Of a stretch of DNA of 64,000 nucleotides, positions 37,707 to 52,000 are shown piece after piece. Origin of the DNA: Tubulanus polymorphus (taxonomy: Eukaryota > Animalia > Nemertea); contig NC_134036.1 in assembly GCF_964204645.1 (NCBI RefSeq), positions 372,001 through 436,000 on the forward strand. The letters are read 5' to 3'. The position numbers and the translations under genes are program-made. The notes below the pieces were generated by a model that worked only from the letters and a program-made list of their open reading frames with translations, was not told the DNA's origin and did no database searches. Numbering within the stretch: position 1 is the first letter of the stretch; every line of letters begins with the position of its first letter.

Positions 37707-40700
37707 GACTACACTTGCTTTAGGAATCATATTCAGTCATTATTGTTGTGAAATTATTATTACCTGTCATTATTTTTTTGTCATTAAGAAATTAGAAACT
37801 TGAAGTAGACTCTAAGCGCACCAAGACTGTGATTTCAATGCCTAAAGAATTGAATATTTGAAGATATTTCAACCTTTATTCACCGGGCGTTTATCGGGTT
37901 CCTGTTTAGAATATTGCGGTCAGTTGACCTACTCACAAGTCAATTCATGCAAAGTTCATGAATTTTTTAGTTTTTGTCATTTTAACCTTCACCTAAAGAT
38001 GTCTTCATAATCAAATATGGGAAATTCTGAGAAGGTAATAGAACTGTTTCCAGGCACCGCATCTCGGACAAAGTCGTTTTTGAAAAAATCTCATTCCTTT
38101 TTAAAGGTCACTAGGTTTCCAGACCAGGAAATATTTCCCAGGTTCAACGACAAACAATATTATCAATATCTCTTCTCTTGAGACGCATCAACCTGATGAT
38201 TATTGATATCGGGTTCAATTATCTTTTTCATCAGCTCAAACTACCAGCAATGAAATCATGGGCTGCTGTTGCTCGAATGTAGGCTACCAGTGGATAGTTG
38301 ACAGTGACGATTCAAAGTTCATTGTAACATTGTTACTATGGTATTTTTATCTGCCAGTTATCTTTTGAAAATAATAATTTATATTATAATTTAACCAAGT
38401 TTTCAGCAACTGGCCGCAGTGGTTTTTTTCAAGGTGTTCCCACGCTCACTCGCTCGATGGATTTTTTCTTTTTAACTTTTTTTACTATTTCCCCCTTCGT
38501 ATATTGTCTTGTTTTCTAAAGGTATCCAGGGTTAGATAGATTGACCCTCCGGTCGGAATTGCTACTGATATTACACTTTACCATCCTGTTTGCCTTTCAT
38601 TACTTCTTTCCTCGTATTGTGTCCATTTTTTCGACCCTGGTCCGCAGTAAGAACTGGCCGTTGTTTGTACTATTGTCTAACCTGATCCAGGGGTTACTCA
38701 ACAACCTGTTCAGCCGTCTTTGAGGTTCCTGGACATCGCCGCGAGCGCAACAATGAAAAACTTGTTTTTCACCGTGGCAACCATTTATATAATGTTTTTT
38801 AGCGGTTCCCACAGGTTTTACAATAACAGTGATGGCCTCTTGACCACATGGATGGATTAACCTCACTATTTGTCATCGTCCGACAATAGTCTCGGTCCTA
38901 ACGATAATTGACTCAGATCACCGGCAATTGTGTTTATTTCACTTTTATTTAGTCTCGGGATTTCTATAAACCGGTCAAGCATAAATTTGAGTAGAATGGT
39001 CTGCGTTGTTTCACGTCACAACACGTCGTTGACCAGACGTATCCCTAGATCACCTAGTAAACCCTGCACCTGAACTACTGATCTCTATTTACCCCTTCAC
39101 CCAGTGCTGCTGTGCCTGGACCGCGTGAATAGAATGCATCAATTTATTGAAATGAGCTAAGCTGGAATACCAAACTCTAAGTTGAGTTTCTTAGAAATTC
39201 TTTGATGGATGTTGATGTTGAACTTCGTTAATATGATTCAGTTTAATCCGTTTGTTAAGCATTAATTTCCAGCATGTCCCAGCTAACGTATTTATATCCA
39301 TCCAGATTTGAAAAATATCAATACCACAATTTCACTTTTGCCGACAAGATTCATATTAACGAGGTTCATTGTATTACTATTTCTATGATTTGCATAGAAA
39401 CCCGTATGTCGAGCAATTTCTACAAAATTGTCTTTGATTTAATGAGATTCATCGGAGAAGCCTGTAGGCTCCTGAGGGACAGTGACAGCGGTCAGTATCG
39501 CGAGGACAGACAGTCATCACTGACCACTCGCTGACCACTCATTGACCCCTAGTTTGTTCCATCCATGAAATCTACATCTGTCGTTATAATTAGTGCAACA
39601 ATCTGTTTAGTGACAATTTATCTGATTTATTTTATCGCAGATTCACACATGAAAATTTGATATTTCACTCTCATAATGTGGTTTATCAATTTTTGATATT
39701 TCACTATCATAATAGCGTTGATATATCTGATATTAAAGCGATGCTGATGGCATCCATTAGTTTAATGAAAATGATTTTTCTCATATCACCTTCACTTGAA
39801 AATCTTTGAGATTTTCTAATGATATTCTCTTGAAAGCGTTTGCGAGATTCTAATGATATTATCATCGATCAGTTTATGATGAAATGATAGAGTGATATAT
39901 CTGAGATTACAGCAGTAACGCGCCTGCACGATATACATGACTATAGTGCCTCCACACGTGCGCGCGCGCAATAACTTGTCATCATTTTACTAATAGATTA
40001 ATTTCATGAAAGCTTTCAATACATTTGTAATTAGAAATGTCTAGGGTTTTATATGATTCACATGGCCCAGCGCGAGGCAGACAGATCACGAGGGCCTGCG
40101 CGAAGCAGGCAGGTCACGAGACCTGGTGCGAGTTAGGCAGGTGACAGATAGTTGTAGCAGATGTAGACCAACTATTGACACGGAAAAAGTGGCTTTACTT
40201 ATTGAATTTTTCCGGAGCAGCTGCCTGCCACCCAAAATTACAATAAATGATTCTATCGATGAATTGTTATCGATAAATTTAGAAATCAAATGATCTCGTT
40301 GTCGATATTGTAGAAAGTGTGCCGGTTTGTGTCTGAGCTGCAGCTGGGGTCTAGTACCAGCTGGTCGCGTCGCCGAGCAAGCGCTAAAATGTACAAATGA
40401 ATCGAGAGATTTTGTTAAAAAGATTTGAAGGGTTTTTGTGTTTGATAATGATCTCTTGTGTAAAACATAGTGTAGACGACACGTGTCACCCTATACATGT
40501 GGGATATTCACATCTTTTATCAAGGAAGGATGGGCCGATCCTAACCTCTCCGTGTCTACCCGTGTGTTCATTGTCACATTGGATCATATGATATCTAGTA
40601 TTAGGTTGACTTCATTTTATTATGCAGAAACATGTATTTGATCAAGTAGATCAATGATGTAGCCTATACCAGCCTTTCCCAGTTCCACACTTTGTGAGTT

Positions 40701-41732
40701 AGTGTAAACTCTGAACTCAGGATTCATTTCCACAGTTGTGAGTTAGAGTTAACTCTGAACTCGGGATCCATTTCCACAGTTGTGAGTTAGAGTTAACTCT
40801 GAATTGAGATCAGTTCATATTCAGTCTTTTAACTGATTTCTAGACTGACCTTTTGTCTATATTATGTACAATTGTTTGTTAGGACTTTGTTCTTAACCAC
40901 ACAGACCTGTAAATCACGATCCAATAGGTCAAAAGTATTGCCTAATCGTCCGTTCGATCAAACATTTCTGGTATTTGTAGTTTGTATTTATGTAAAATAA
41001 AGCTAGAATTTATCACCAAATAAACCACTGAATTGTATAACACTATAGCGATGTTTGTCTGGATTTAAAAATAATAAACTAATATTATATAATAGCATAG
41101 GAGTTAGAGTATAGTAACCCAGAATAAACAGTTGGTTGTGCAGCTGATATGTCCAGGAATCAAAATATCCTAAGCTCAGGAATTTGACGAATCTTGAAAA
41201 GAATATTTGAAATTCTCAAATTTAGATTTCAATCTATTGTTTGAATTGTGGGTTGGATTGTTTAACTGCCCGTGATATTCACTGGTTCTAAATCCAATAT
41301 GTCACTAGCTACTACCGCCCACGCTTTATTCCCTAGAGCTATGAACCAAAATTATGACAGATTTTATTACATAATTCGATGTGAGTTTTATAATCGGCTG
41401 ATCTCCGTAGAAATCCTCTTACTCGTAACTCGTAACCCCGCTGATCTCCCCCTGTAGCTCACCCCTGACTCACTCACTATCCAGTGATGTTGTGAAATAT
41501 AGACCAGCGATTGTGAAATCACACAGTGAAGTGTTTGGACCGAGGCCGCTCGGTGAATATTTCGCAATAATCTACAGAAATTTCCTAAGCGAAAAAGATC
41601 AAAGCTTTTGAACGAAAACAAAGATCACAAACTTCAAAGATCGCGATCGACTTCAAAGTGTTCTGGGTATCGATCGTTTCAAGGCTTTCAATTGAATTCT
41701 GAACTGAAATAGTTTGAAGTTTTCTGGACACG

Positions 41733-41798
41733 ATGAAATTTATTAAAAAAGGAAAAAGACAATTATTGAGAAAGATCGCAAAGGATTATTTAGAATTA
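41733..41798 (+). CDS. Candidate ZO-1 alternative first coding exon D (MKFIKKGKRQLLRKIAKDYLEL)
   Basis: ATG at 41733; 22 codons; donor TTA|GTGAGG in phase 0; CpG-enriched leader upstream. Confidence 0.45.
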
Positions 41799-42359
41799 GT
41801 GAGGATTACTGTTTTATCGATATTAAAAACATATGCGTGCGGTAGCTAAGCTAACTTCCCCGTACACTGTATAATAGACCAGTCTATTCTAGTTCACCTG
41901 CCTTGCCGGGTCAATTCATTATCGGGTATAAGAGGTCGGTTGACTGGCGTTTATTATTATTGTGACACATTCTCGTCGAACATGTTTAAACGCGTGCGGC
42001 TGTAGCTCCAGCCTCCTCCGGGTTTTAACAGGTAGCAGTTCATCTCGCCGATCAGTTGGATGCAATCACTCACCAAGTGATGAAATCTATTTCATATTGA
42101 TTTGACTAAGAGTTTAATAACAACACACGGCGACGTTCACAGCAGATATCAATTCTGCTGCTGCTGCTGCTGCAATTATAAAAAAGAACGGACTGGAAAA
42201 CTGCTGCATAGATGATGTTTATCACGTATGGATTAAAGGATTAATGGATTCAAAGAGTTAATCTAGTCGATTTAATCTCAATTCAAAACGCGCGCATTTA
42301 TCACACTCGGGTATTTGAATTTATTGCGTATTAATTAGCGAGACACTCTAATTAGCAAA

Positions 42360-42434
42360 ATGTACATTAACGAAGAAACAGAATTCAAATATTGGAAAAA
42401 TAAAATATTTGATTGGCTCGAATGTATTCTATTG
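42360..42434 (+). CDS. Candidate ZO-1 alternative first coding exon E (MYINEETEFKYWKNKIFDWLECILL)
   Basis: aaaATG at 42360; 25 codons; consensus donor TTG|GTAAGT in phase 0. Confidence 0.55.
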
Positions 42435-45400
42435 GTAAGTGATTTTACTTATAAATCTAAAGTATTATTATGATTTTGATAATAATAATTATTATTATTA
42501 TCATTTACCATATTCGGTGAGTTATTCAATGGGATATTGTTTTAAGCAGGCACTATCAAAAAATATGTATACATAATTAATTAAAGTGTGGCTAATTATA
42601 AACTTGAATAGAAATATAGGAGCTGATCTGAAATGGTTAAAATAGGTAAATTGAATAGAATATTTGGAGGAAGATCAATTAGGCTAATTACAGAAATTTA
42701 TTCATTCCGAAATATTCAATGAGATAATATGAATGAGGGGTTAGTAGAGACCGTGGGATTAGTTTAGTATCTGCATGTGAAATATTTCTCTTATTGTGCA
42801 ATGATATTGTGAACTGTGAGACTGGTTTTTCATGAAATTCCTTATCAAATTCGAACACAGTTAGTTGTCTATCAGCGACCAGTGATCATTATGTGTGTGG
42901 GAGGAACTTCAAACAATTCATACGTATTGACTTTCAAATATTTCTTTGCCCTATGATACAATTCTATAATTTATCGATTTCAATAATTAATGTATTGCTC
43001 GTGTCTTGATAAGATATAACAGGCATTTTATCTGAGCTTATCGGTTTAATATTCCCTAGGCTTATTTGAAACTATGACAACATTTCAATGATTGAGATAA
43101 ATTGATATTATAGAGCCATTGCCTCTTAAAGCATCAATCGATGTTGATGATTATTTTGATATTTATTAAGTCCACTTACCTCCGTATCAGTCATTCAGAC
43201 TATTGTCGGGAGCCAAGTAAATTAGCTCACTTAAAGTCGCATGAGTTTAGTGCGGGCTTCTTAATGAAGTGGCTCTGATAAGATGACGCGAACCCTCGGG
43301 CACACATCCTGGGTTGAACCCTCGGGCACACGCATGTGGTACACACTATTATTACACAGATGATTTATTCAAATATTTAATTTTTATTCACTCCGTTGAA
43401 AGTTGAAAGTCATATTTGAAAAGTCATTTGACAGATGTATTGAATTGTGTTTGTTTATGTGGATGTAATAACCCCTCTTATGTTTACTGTACTCAATTTA
43501 CCTCGTATAGTAAACATGCAATGATATCTATATTGATATTTGATACGTATTGGTGTGATGGAAACATGGCGCAATAGAGCGATGGTTTTAGCAGTTGTGT
43601 AGAGAGGTGTTAATGTATATAACATATATTTTAAATGTTCTGTTTTAATGTATTGATTTTCTGGTCATATGGAAATTGATTTTCAATATAGGCATGAATG
43701 CATTGAGAGTCTCTGCAACATTAGCTGTAAAGCTATATTTCATATTGTGTGAATTGAATCCAATATGCGACTGTAACACCTGCCTCATGTGACCGCTAAC
43801 TCAACTCTATACATCAGTCTATTGTTTCCACGGTGATGAGATCATCGGTTTATTAGTTATTGTGATGGCGTTAGTGTATATAGTTAGTTAAATCACTGCG
43901 GGTGCAAAGCAGAACCTTGCTTTATACCTATAAAACCTGCAATCGGTTATTCGTAAGAAATATTTTTTGGCAAGGCTTTACAGATTCGGGATTAAGCAAT
44001 TACAGTTAAATGAATCTGAATATAGTTTTGCGAAAGACTTTTATAATGATAATTATTATTAATTTTATTGAATAAAGATAAAGCAATATGGAATAGGTTA
44101 TAAATATGGGGGTTATATTGAACTGGGTAGAGGTGCAAGCGTGGGAATTTACTGAGGAATTTTTCAAGTGGGTTTAAATTCACTAGTGATTACATTCCAT
44201 GTTTATATGAATTGTTCTATTTGGTCAACGGTCAGAACATTGTCACTCCTTAAAACTGTACCGGTAGTGGTGGTCAGTAAGGTCAAGCTAATGAGCGAAT
44301 GGTCAGTTTACTGGTCGGCGTCATTTCACGATTTACCGCTAGAAAATCGAATCGAATCGAGCTTATTGTCCGTCGATCAAAGAATTCTTTTATTTTTCAA
44401 ATCTAGTTATGCTGAAAATTCTTTTATGTTTTTAATGTTTTGCGCAAAGAATGAAGAAGATTGCTTTCAGAAATCTCTCCCTCTTTCTCTCTATTTTTTT
44501 CTCGCTGTCCCTGTCTGTTTCGGGTCTTGTGGTTTAAGCAATGACAATGAATGCGCTTAACTTAAAATATATATACACATGAGACATTAGAATTCCAAGC
44601 ATTTTTGGCAATAGACAATTATTTGAGGCTCGCGTTTGTGTCACGGTGACATACATTGTACATTGTTTATTGTATTATCTTAACGCGACTGTCTTTGTGA
44701 ATTCCTTATGAAAAATGAATAATGTCGTCATAGTCGGTTATATCGCGGTGGAGATTATGGGTTTTGATTTCGAGGTGCCTCAAATTGTCGTCAGTAGAGT
44801 TAAGATTGCTGTTATGTAGTTTGAATGTGGCGTGGAATTGTTTTAACTCATGGTTGTGATCAGTGATGGATATCACAATGATTGGGCAAGTATTTTAAAT
44901 ATCTCAATTCTCTGGTCCAGAGTTTGTGGGCTAAAGTTAGAATCAGTTCAGTTGCAATGTTTCAACCAGGTTTGATAGTGATTCAGAATTATATTGTTCG
45001 AATTGATATCTGTAACTATCTGTATTATTTGCTTGAATTGTAAATCAATGATTTAAAATCCATGGTTAAGATGAATTTTTAACTCCTAGATGACCACCTG
45101 ACCAACCTGACATGACTTTCAACCAAGAGGTCAATCTTATAAATAACTATTCACAATTTTGTAAAAACTATTGTCAAATGACATATGTTTGATTAATAAG
45201 AATCAAATTAGGCCGTAATTTTCTGAGGTGTCTTGGTCAATGTAAAGATGATTATTTTTATCGCGTGGGTTCAATGACAGTTCTTGATATAGGTGAAAGT
45301 TAAAGAGTTAGGTATATGTTTTGAACGTGTATATCACCCCTTGATGAATTTCAAGTATTCATATATTATACACTGAAGTATTGTCTGAATTCATTAATAT

Positions 45401-46241
45401 CGATAGAAATGTCAGAGGAAATGATAAGGACGGCGGCTAGACTTACTCTATTAGTTAAGGGTGGTCCCTCACTAAATTCCTCTCTATCTTTATCTTTGTG
45501 ACAGATACTCACGATTATTCCGTCCAGTTCTATGATTCCTGTCTTTGAGGTTTCAACTTCGTTTTTAAGAAATTTTTAAGAATGTACTAATAACTATGTG
45601 TACACGTCCTACGCAGTTGTCCATCATCCAGTTGATAATAATTTCGATATTTCATATGATAATTTTGATAACATCAATACCACTGGAGTGTGTTGTAGTT
45701 TTATAAGAGGAATCAGTTAAGTGCGAGCTGTGAACAGATGCGTTGCGAGTAATTGCCGATTTTTGACAGCTTTTAATAATATTTTGCGAATTCGCTTCAA
45801 TTTCGTCCAAAACATGTTATTAAAAAAAGAAATGTCATCGAGTAAATTATTGCCGGCGGCCGCCGCTGATAAATACAGTATATATAACAGTAATAGCTAT
45901 TTATTATAAGTGAGTAGAACGGCTGTAAACTGTGACGAGGAGCTATCGTCTTGTTACCATGGTTACTGTTTCCGTAGTTGTCTCTGTTCAAACATTTATA
46001 AGATGTCGACTGATGGAGAGAGTCATACAACGCGTAATTAGTCTGTCTTATTTGATAATTAGCGTGATTTGATAATAGCGCCGATGATGCGTCCATCCTC
46101 CTACTGTGCGTGCGTCATGCTTCATCACAGAGAAATATCAATTAGATAGAACTTCTCATCTTTCAAAAAGTTTGTCAAAACTTTTGCTTTGATTTGTGAA
46201 ATCAATGAATTTCTAATTTGTCTTCTCAGCGATCTCTTTGT

Positions 46242-46347
<106 letters not shown>

Positions 46348-47283
46348 TTTCCCCCTCTTTCTTCCTCTCTCTCTGTCTCTCTTCCTCTCTCTCTGTCTCG
46401 TGTCTTTGCTGTTTGATCTGTAATGTTACATGCTTCAAACTTGTGTTAGATGAAAATCATTTTGATGAAAACTGTTTTTTTTTTAAAGGCGTGAGCTACA
46501 GACCTTCATTTATCCAGTTTGATATATCAGCTGGATATCAAACTCATTAATTTTCTATTGAAATTAATGATGTTTAAGACTGAAGGAGTTTATGGTATTT
46601 AGTGGTAAGACCGAATGGTTTATCTTTAATCTAAAATTCTCACGATGAGGTCCCAATTGTCTGAAATACTCCATCCATCATCATCATTATCTATTTGACT
46701 GGTTTCATCCCGTAGAGAGATTGCCTCACTCCTCCCTGCTCCCCACACCCCCGGGAGATTGAAGAGACTAATTCCCCTCCCCTCCCCGCCCGCCTGCCGG
46801 GAGAAGCTGCTATTATTGATTCTAAGCACGAAATTCACCATTAATGCGATTACTTACGAAAATTAATCAGTAGGTCGTAACCGCGGTAACGCGTATGAGA
46901 CAATCTCCCGTCGCCGAGGGAACGAGGTAAGCAGCGCCACCAGTGCTGATAAGAGGAACAAAGTATCGGAGTGTATTTAATAAAGTCTCCGATGAAGAGC
47001 TACTCTTCACTATATCGGAATATTTCAGAATATCGAGATTTTAATAAGCGCATATCTCGATAATATCGCAGATTATTTGAGATGTAGGGATACAGTGAGA
47101 TAGACTGTGTGATATTTGTAGGATTTCTAAAACGATTTGTGCGGAATTTTCATGTGGATTTCTGACTGTTCTGAACGGTTTCTAAACTTCTTGGATCTAT
47201 AGTTAATCAGGCTATTTCCGATTTAAGAGAATTGTAGAATTGCTATTTGATTTTTTTTCATTTGCGATTTTTCTATATATGCC

Positions 47284-47421
47284 TGGATCTAGTTCCAAAG
47301 TTGTGAGTTAGAATTAACTCTAAATTCTGGATCCAGTTCCACAGTTGTCAGTTTAAGAGTTAGTGTGAGTTGAATTCAGTTGATTTTCAATGAATTAACT
47401 CTGCACCGTGGAACCGGGTCC
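47284..47421. mobile_element. MITE family E (ggatccagttccacagttgtgagttagagttaactct)
   Basis: The same motif recurs, partly in tandem, at about 13790-13846, 23418-23480, 40678-40810 and 53882-54010. Confidence 0.6.
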
Positions 47422-48446
47422 TTAGTTAGTATTTATTGAATATATAGTCAATCATGCAGATATCTGCCTATTCTGCGTTGTTATGTGTTGGTAACTGAGT
47501 GATAACTGGTCATATTCTCTATAGACTAGAGAATGGAATAGTTTTAATAATTTAAACCACGCGATTCTTTCATTTACAAAATGAATATGTATTAATTCAT
47601 TTGAAAACCCATGAGAATAACGGCCATTTCTGTATTGCGATCGTCAAATTTTAAACATTCGCGAATAAATTGTTCGGAAAACTTTCCTCCATTCAAATCG
47701 ATGTTCGTTACATGATTCGCCTTTCATTTACTTTTTCAAAATCGTTGATAATTTTTTTTGCAAACTCTTCTAATATTGATGATGTGAAAGCTTTCTCATG
47801 TGATACTGCGGTTATAGGAGTTTTTGCCGGAGGGGTCTTATCTCATCTCATCTCATCTGTTTTCTCTTGTTTTCTATTGAATAGTTTTTCTAATCTGCCT
47901 CAGTATTCTCTGATTAGATTTGATGACAATCATTCACGGAGATTTGATGACAATCACTCACGGTTTCTCATTTGCTACAATTTTCATATCGACGTCTCTG
48001 AATTTGCTGCTGCTTAGTGTGACCGGTTATGTAAATGATAACCGCCCTGATTGTTGAGGGGTTTCTGATGCCTTTCACAACTCCGGAGTGACATCGGTTA
48101 TTGATAGCGCGGAGTGCCTGAGTGCCGGGATACAACGCAGTTTTAAATTAATTTGTTATTGCCTGTTGTAATATTTGCGGGAAGTCAAGTTATTGTTGAC
48201 TTTGGATGAAATATTATATTTACGATATTCAGCGAGCGTCACGCGACGACCGACCATTCTGGAATATGTTAGCAAACGTAAAGCATATTCAAATTGGATT
48301 TTTTCGCGTAAATTTTGTAGCAAAATGTAAAATTCTTATTTGACATTTGCTACAAAAATTAGTATAACGCTAATTCAGCATCGAGCAGCGCAGACAGGCG
48401 ACTAAAGGGATTGTGACAATTTTAAAACAGTGTTTAGAACAGAACA

Positions 48447-48533
48447 ATGAGATTTTATCATTTTAAAGGGCACAGGGTTGGATTACCAGAGGATTATGAG
48501 TGGAAATGTATTAAAAATCAGATTTGGCAACTG
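48447..48533 (+). CDS. Candidate ZO-1 alternative first coding exon F (MRFYHFKGHRVGLPEDYEWKCIKNQIWQL)
   Basis: acaATG at 48447; 29 codons; consensus donor CTG|GTAAGT in phase 0, about 490 nt before the first constant exon. Confidence 0.6.
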
Positions 48534-49022
48534 GTAAGTTCTGAGTTCAATCTTAGACCTCATGTTGTTGTTCGATGTATTTTTGATAACTCGTGGTTAC
48601 ATTCATGTGCTCACACTCCTCTCCCTCTCTCTATCTCTGAAGAGAGTGATGTTTGCTTCCAATCCCATCTCATGGATACTACACAAACAGATAAAACTAT
48701 TAATGTTATTTCTCTGGTAACAGTTTTCTGAGATTGTGAATGAATGTTTGGAGGTGTGTTTGTGTGTGGGGGAGATGTTGGTGGTGCACTGGGGATGTTA
48801 TTCCTTATCATAATACGTGTTACAGAATAAACAGACAAGATTTTACAAATAACCAGTTGAAAAAAATGATATCTATTATTTTCGATTTTTATCCCAGACA
48901 CAAGCCAGTAAAAACCACTGCTTTCAGGGGTTACACAGAAATTTAAAAAACCATTTTCTATTCTTATCCCTGAAATGAAATTCGTTCTATTAATTCCATG
49001 TTTGATTATGCTGTATTTTTAG

Positions 49023-52000
49023 GGAGGAGGTGACCGGTTTATTTGGGAGACGCACCACGTGACGTTGAATAGGGTCGCCGGGTTTGGTTTCGGTATTGCG
49101 GTTAGCGGTGGTAAAGACAGTCCACACTTCACCAGCGGAGACCCTTCCATAGCTATATCCGATGTGCTAAAAGCCGGCCCGGCTGAAGGCAAACTACAGT
49201 AAGTCAAATCATCTTTATATTTGAAATTCATTAAATTGCGATTTTATCATAGGTTCACTGAACGGATCTTGTGGATTAGGGAATTCTGACTGTTATCGTG
49301 AAAATCAGGGAATTTGAATTTTTGGTGTCTATCTAGCTCTTGCTGGTGATGAGTGGCAAAAGGAACCTCCTAATAAGCAGAAACAGCCCTCACTGAGGGT
49401 ACCTTATAATCTAAACAGAGAATTCTTATTATTAATCACGAAATGTTTTAAATAATGAAATGTGTTTATTTTCTAGTATCAATGATCGTGTGATATCTGT
49501 GAATAACGTGCCTTTAGATAATGTCGACCACGCGTACGCTATCTCATTACTGAAAGAATCTGGAAACACCGTTAATTTAGTAAGTACAATCAAAGAAATA
49601 TCTTAAATCTTTGAGATTGAAAAGTGGGTTCTAAAACCGGGTTCTTATGTTATTCGCAGGTTGTTAGTAGGAAACTAATGATAGGAAACAATGAACCGAC
49701 TCCGGAACCAGTCAAAGTGACGTTAAACAAGAAAAATAAAAAAGATGGTAGGTTACTTGAAAAACTGAGAGAAATCCCACAATAGATTCAGCCAAAAATG
49801 AAAACTTCTATATTAAAATGATATCTATACATTTGAGCAATGTTTTTGCTAAATACTAATAGCCATCATCAGGTGTACTTTTCATTTTTGGCTGAATTCA
49901 TTATGGGATTTCTCACGTTATTCATCATACACGGATATTGTGTGCATCTTCTCGAGTGAAAAATCCCGAAAATTCACAATTTTTGAGTTTTAAATCTTGA
50001 ATCTTTTCCGTCGCTTAATTTCGAATCTGATTCTGATTTTTGTAGAATATGGAATCGTTCTCGGTTGTAAACTCTACGTCAAAGAGATCACGGGGAATAG
50101 TCTTGCCGCTCAGGACGGCGGACTAAAAGAGGGCGACACCGTACTGAAAATTAACAACGCAACAGCCGAGAATCTGTCGCTGACGGAAGCGATGAAAATC
50201 ATCGAGAAATCGAAGGATAAATTGAATTTGATGATTTCGAAATCGACGAAAACTTCGCCACTCGACATTAAACATAAAAAACAAAACAGTGAACCGACTA
50301 TAGATAGTGAGTAACTCAGCCACTAGAGGGCTCTTTATAATAATCATATCAATCTTCAATATGAAATATGTTAATGTCCTCTACATATCAATAAATACTT
50401 GTATTTAAAAAATGAATGCTTGTTATTTTCAGATTTCAATTTCCCGAAATCCGAAGCTCGACAATTCACGCCTAAACTCGATAACACGGAGAGGGGAGTC
50501 GGGAGAGCCGGTACGCAGTACGGTGCTGCCCCCTATGCCGATCGACATTATAACCAGACGTATGAAGCTAATTCAGATGGAGGCTCGGGGTCGCCGTACG
50601 AGGAACCCCCTCCACGTCCCCCGCTGCCGGATATGGATATAAAAGCTGGTACGTTTCATTGCATCCAATATCTGATCATATTCCGGGAATATCTTATCTG
50701 AAATGTTTGAAATATTCAAATCTTACAGAACCTCCGCCGAGGCCTCCGACTCCGGGCAAAGAAGCGTCTCATCCGGCGTACCGCGGTCATCCTAGTCACA
50801 TCGCAGCGCCATCTAGCTATAAATCGGTGAACAATAATGAACTACCAGCCCCGTCGGTTAGACAGCATAGCTTGTAAGTATTAATCCCTATCGAGTATAA
50901 ACAGTGTTCATCGCTCAAATTGAGTTTGAAATTAATTATTCTCATTCAGGATTCGTCAAATCAACTCCCCTTTCTGTAGGTAATGTATATAAATGTTTTA
51001 TGTGGCAATTTTGTGCATTTTTGCTCGGGTAATTTTTCCTGAAAAGAACGACGATTTGGCTTTTCTGCAAATCTTTTTTCGCTTTAAAATTCATCGAAAT
51101 TCTTTTGAAAATGGAATAAGCCTTTTGAGATATCTTTCTTGTTGATAAATGAAAGCAATTTAGAGCAGATGATTAAAGAGTTGCTATACATCACTGAGTT
51201 GTGTCTATTCACTGATGTAAACAGTATTTAGCATGATCTACCATTACGATATTTTATGGTCTTGAAATCCCTTTCACAGATGTGTCTCTTTCACCTCCAT
51301 CAGTTACCGGGTTGTCACAGAACTATATTGTATGTTCTCTATCATTAATCAGTTTTCACAAAATGCCTTTGGTTGAAGTTTGGTTTTTCTGGGCTCTGGT
51401 TCTCGGTAAAAACTAAAGATCATCAAAACAATATTTCTAATGTAACATTTTTTTGTCTCTTACAGTCCGGAACCTCGGCAGGTGTCTTTCTACAAAGAAG
51501 ATTCTAATGTTGGTATCAGACTCGCTGGTGGCAATGCTGTGGGTATTTATATAGCGACAGTACAGCCCGGTAGCCCAGCTCACGAACAGGGCTTGAAAGA
51601 GGGAGATTTATTGTTACAAGTAAGTCGAGTAGATTCTAACTCGGGAAACCTCCATCGCTACTGTAGCAATCGAGGATTCCACTTATGGCAAGCGAGGATC
51701 TCTTGTAGTTACTCAATCTTTTCTCTTATGAAATCCGCTCAATTCATCGTATTCAACATGCGTCTGTTTTCTGTTTAGGTGAATAATGTAGATATGAGAG
51801 GTAAAACTCGAGAAGAGGCCGTGCTGTTGTTACTGAGTTTAAATACACAAATAAACCTGATCGTTCAGCATCGTAGAGAGGATTACGATCGATATATTCA
51901 TAGCAGCGAGTTCGGTGATTCATTTTACATCAGGTAGGGGGCGCTAGCAATCAAGTGTGATTAAATACTATTTTTTGTAATGTGCTAAATGGATATTGTT

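Noticed and set aside
33100-41400. Numerous 60-100 aa ORFs in the large ZO-1 upstream intron
   Set aside because: AT-rich, with no domain similarity and no coherent splice structure or exon-like codon usage.
46988-47020. ccgatgaagag...ctcttcac...atcgg hammerhead-like hairpin
   Set aside because: It lacks both the CUGA and GAAA core nucleotides.
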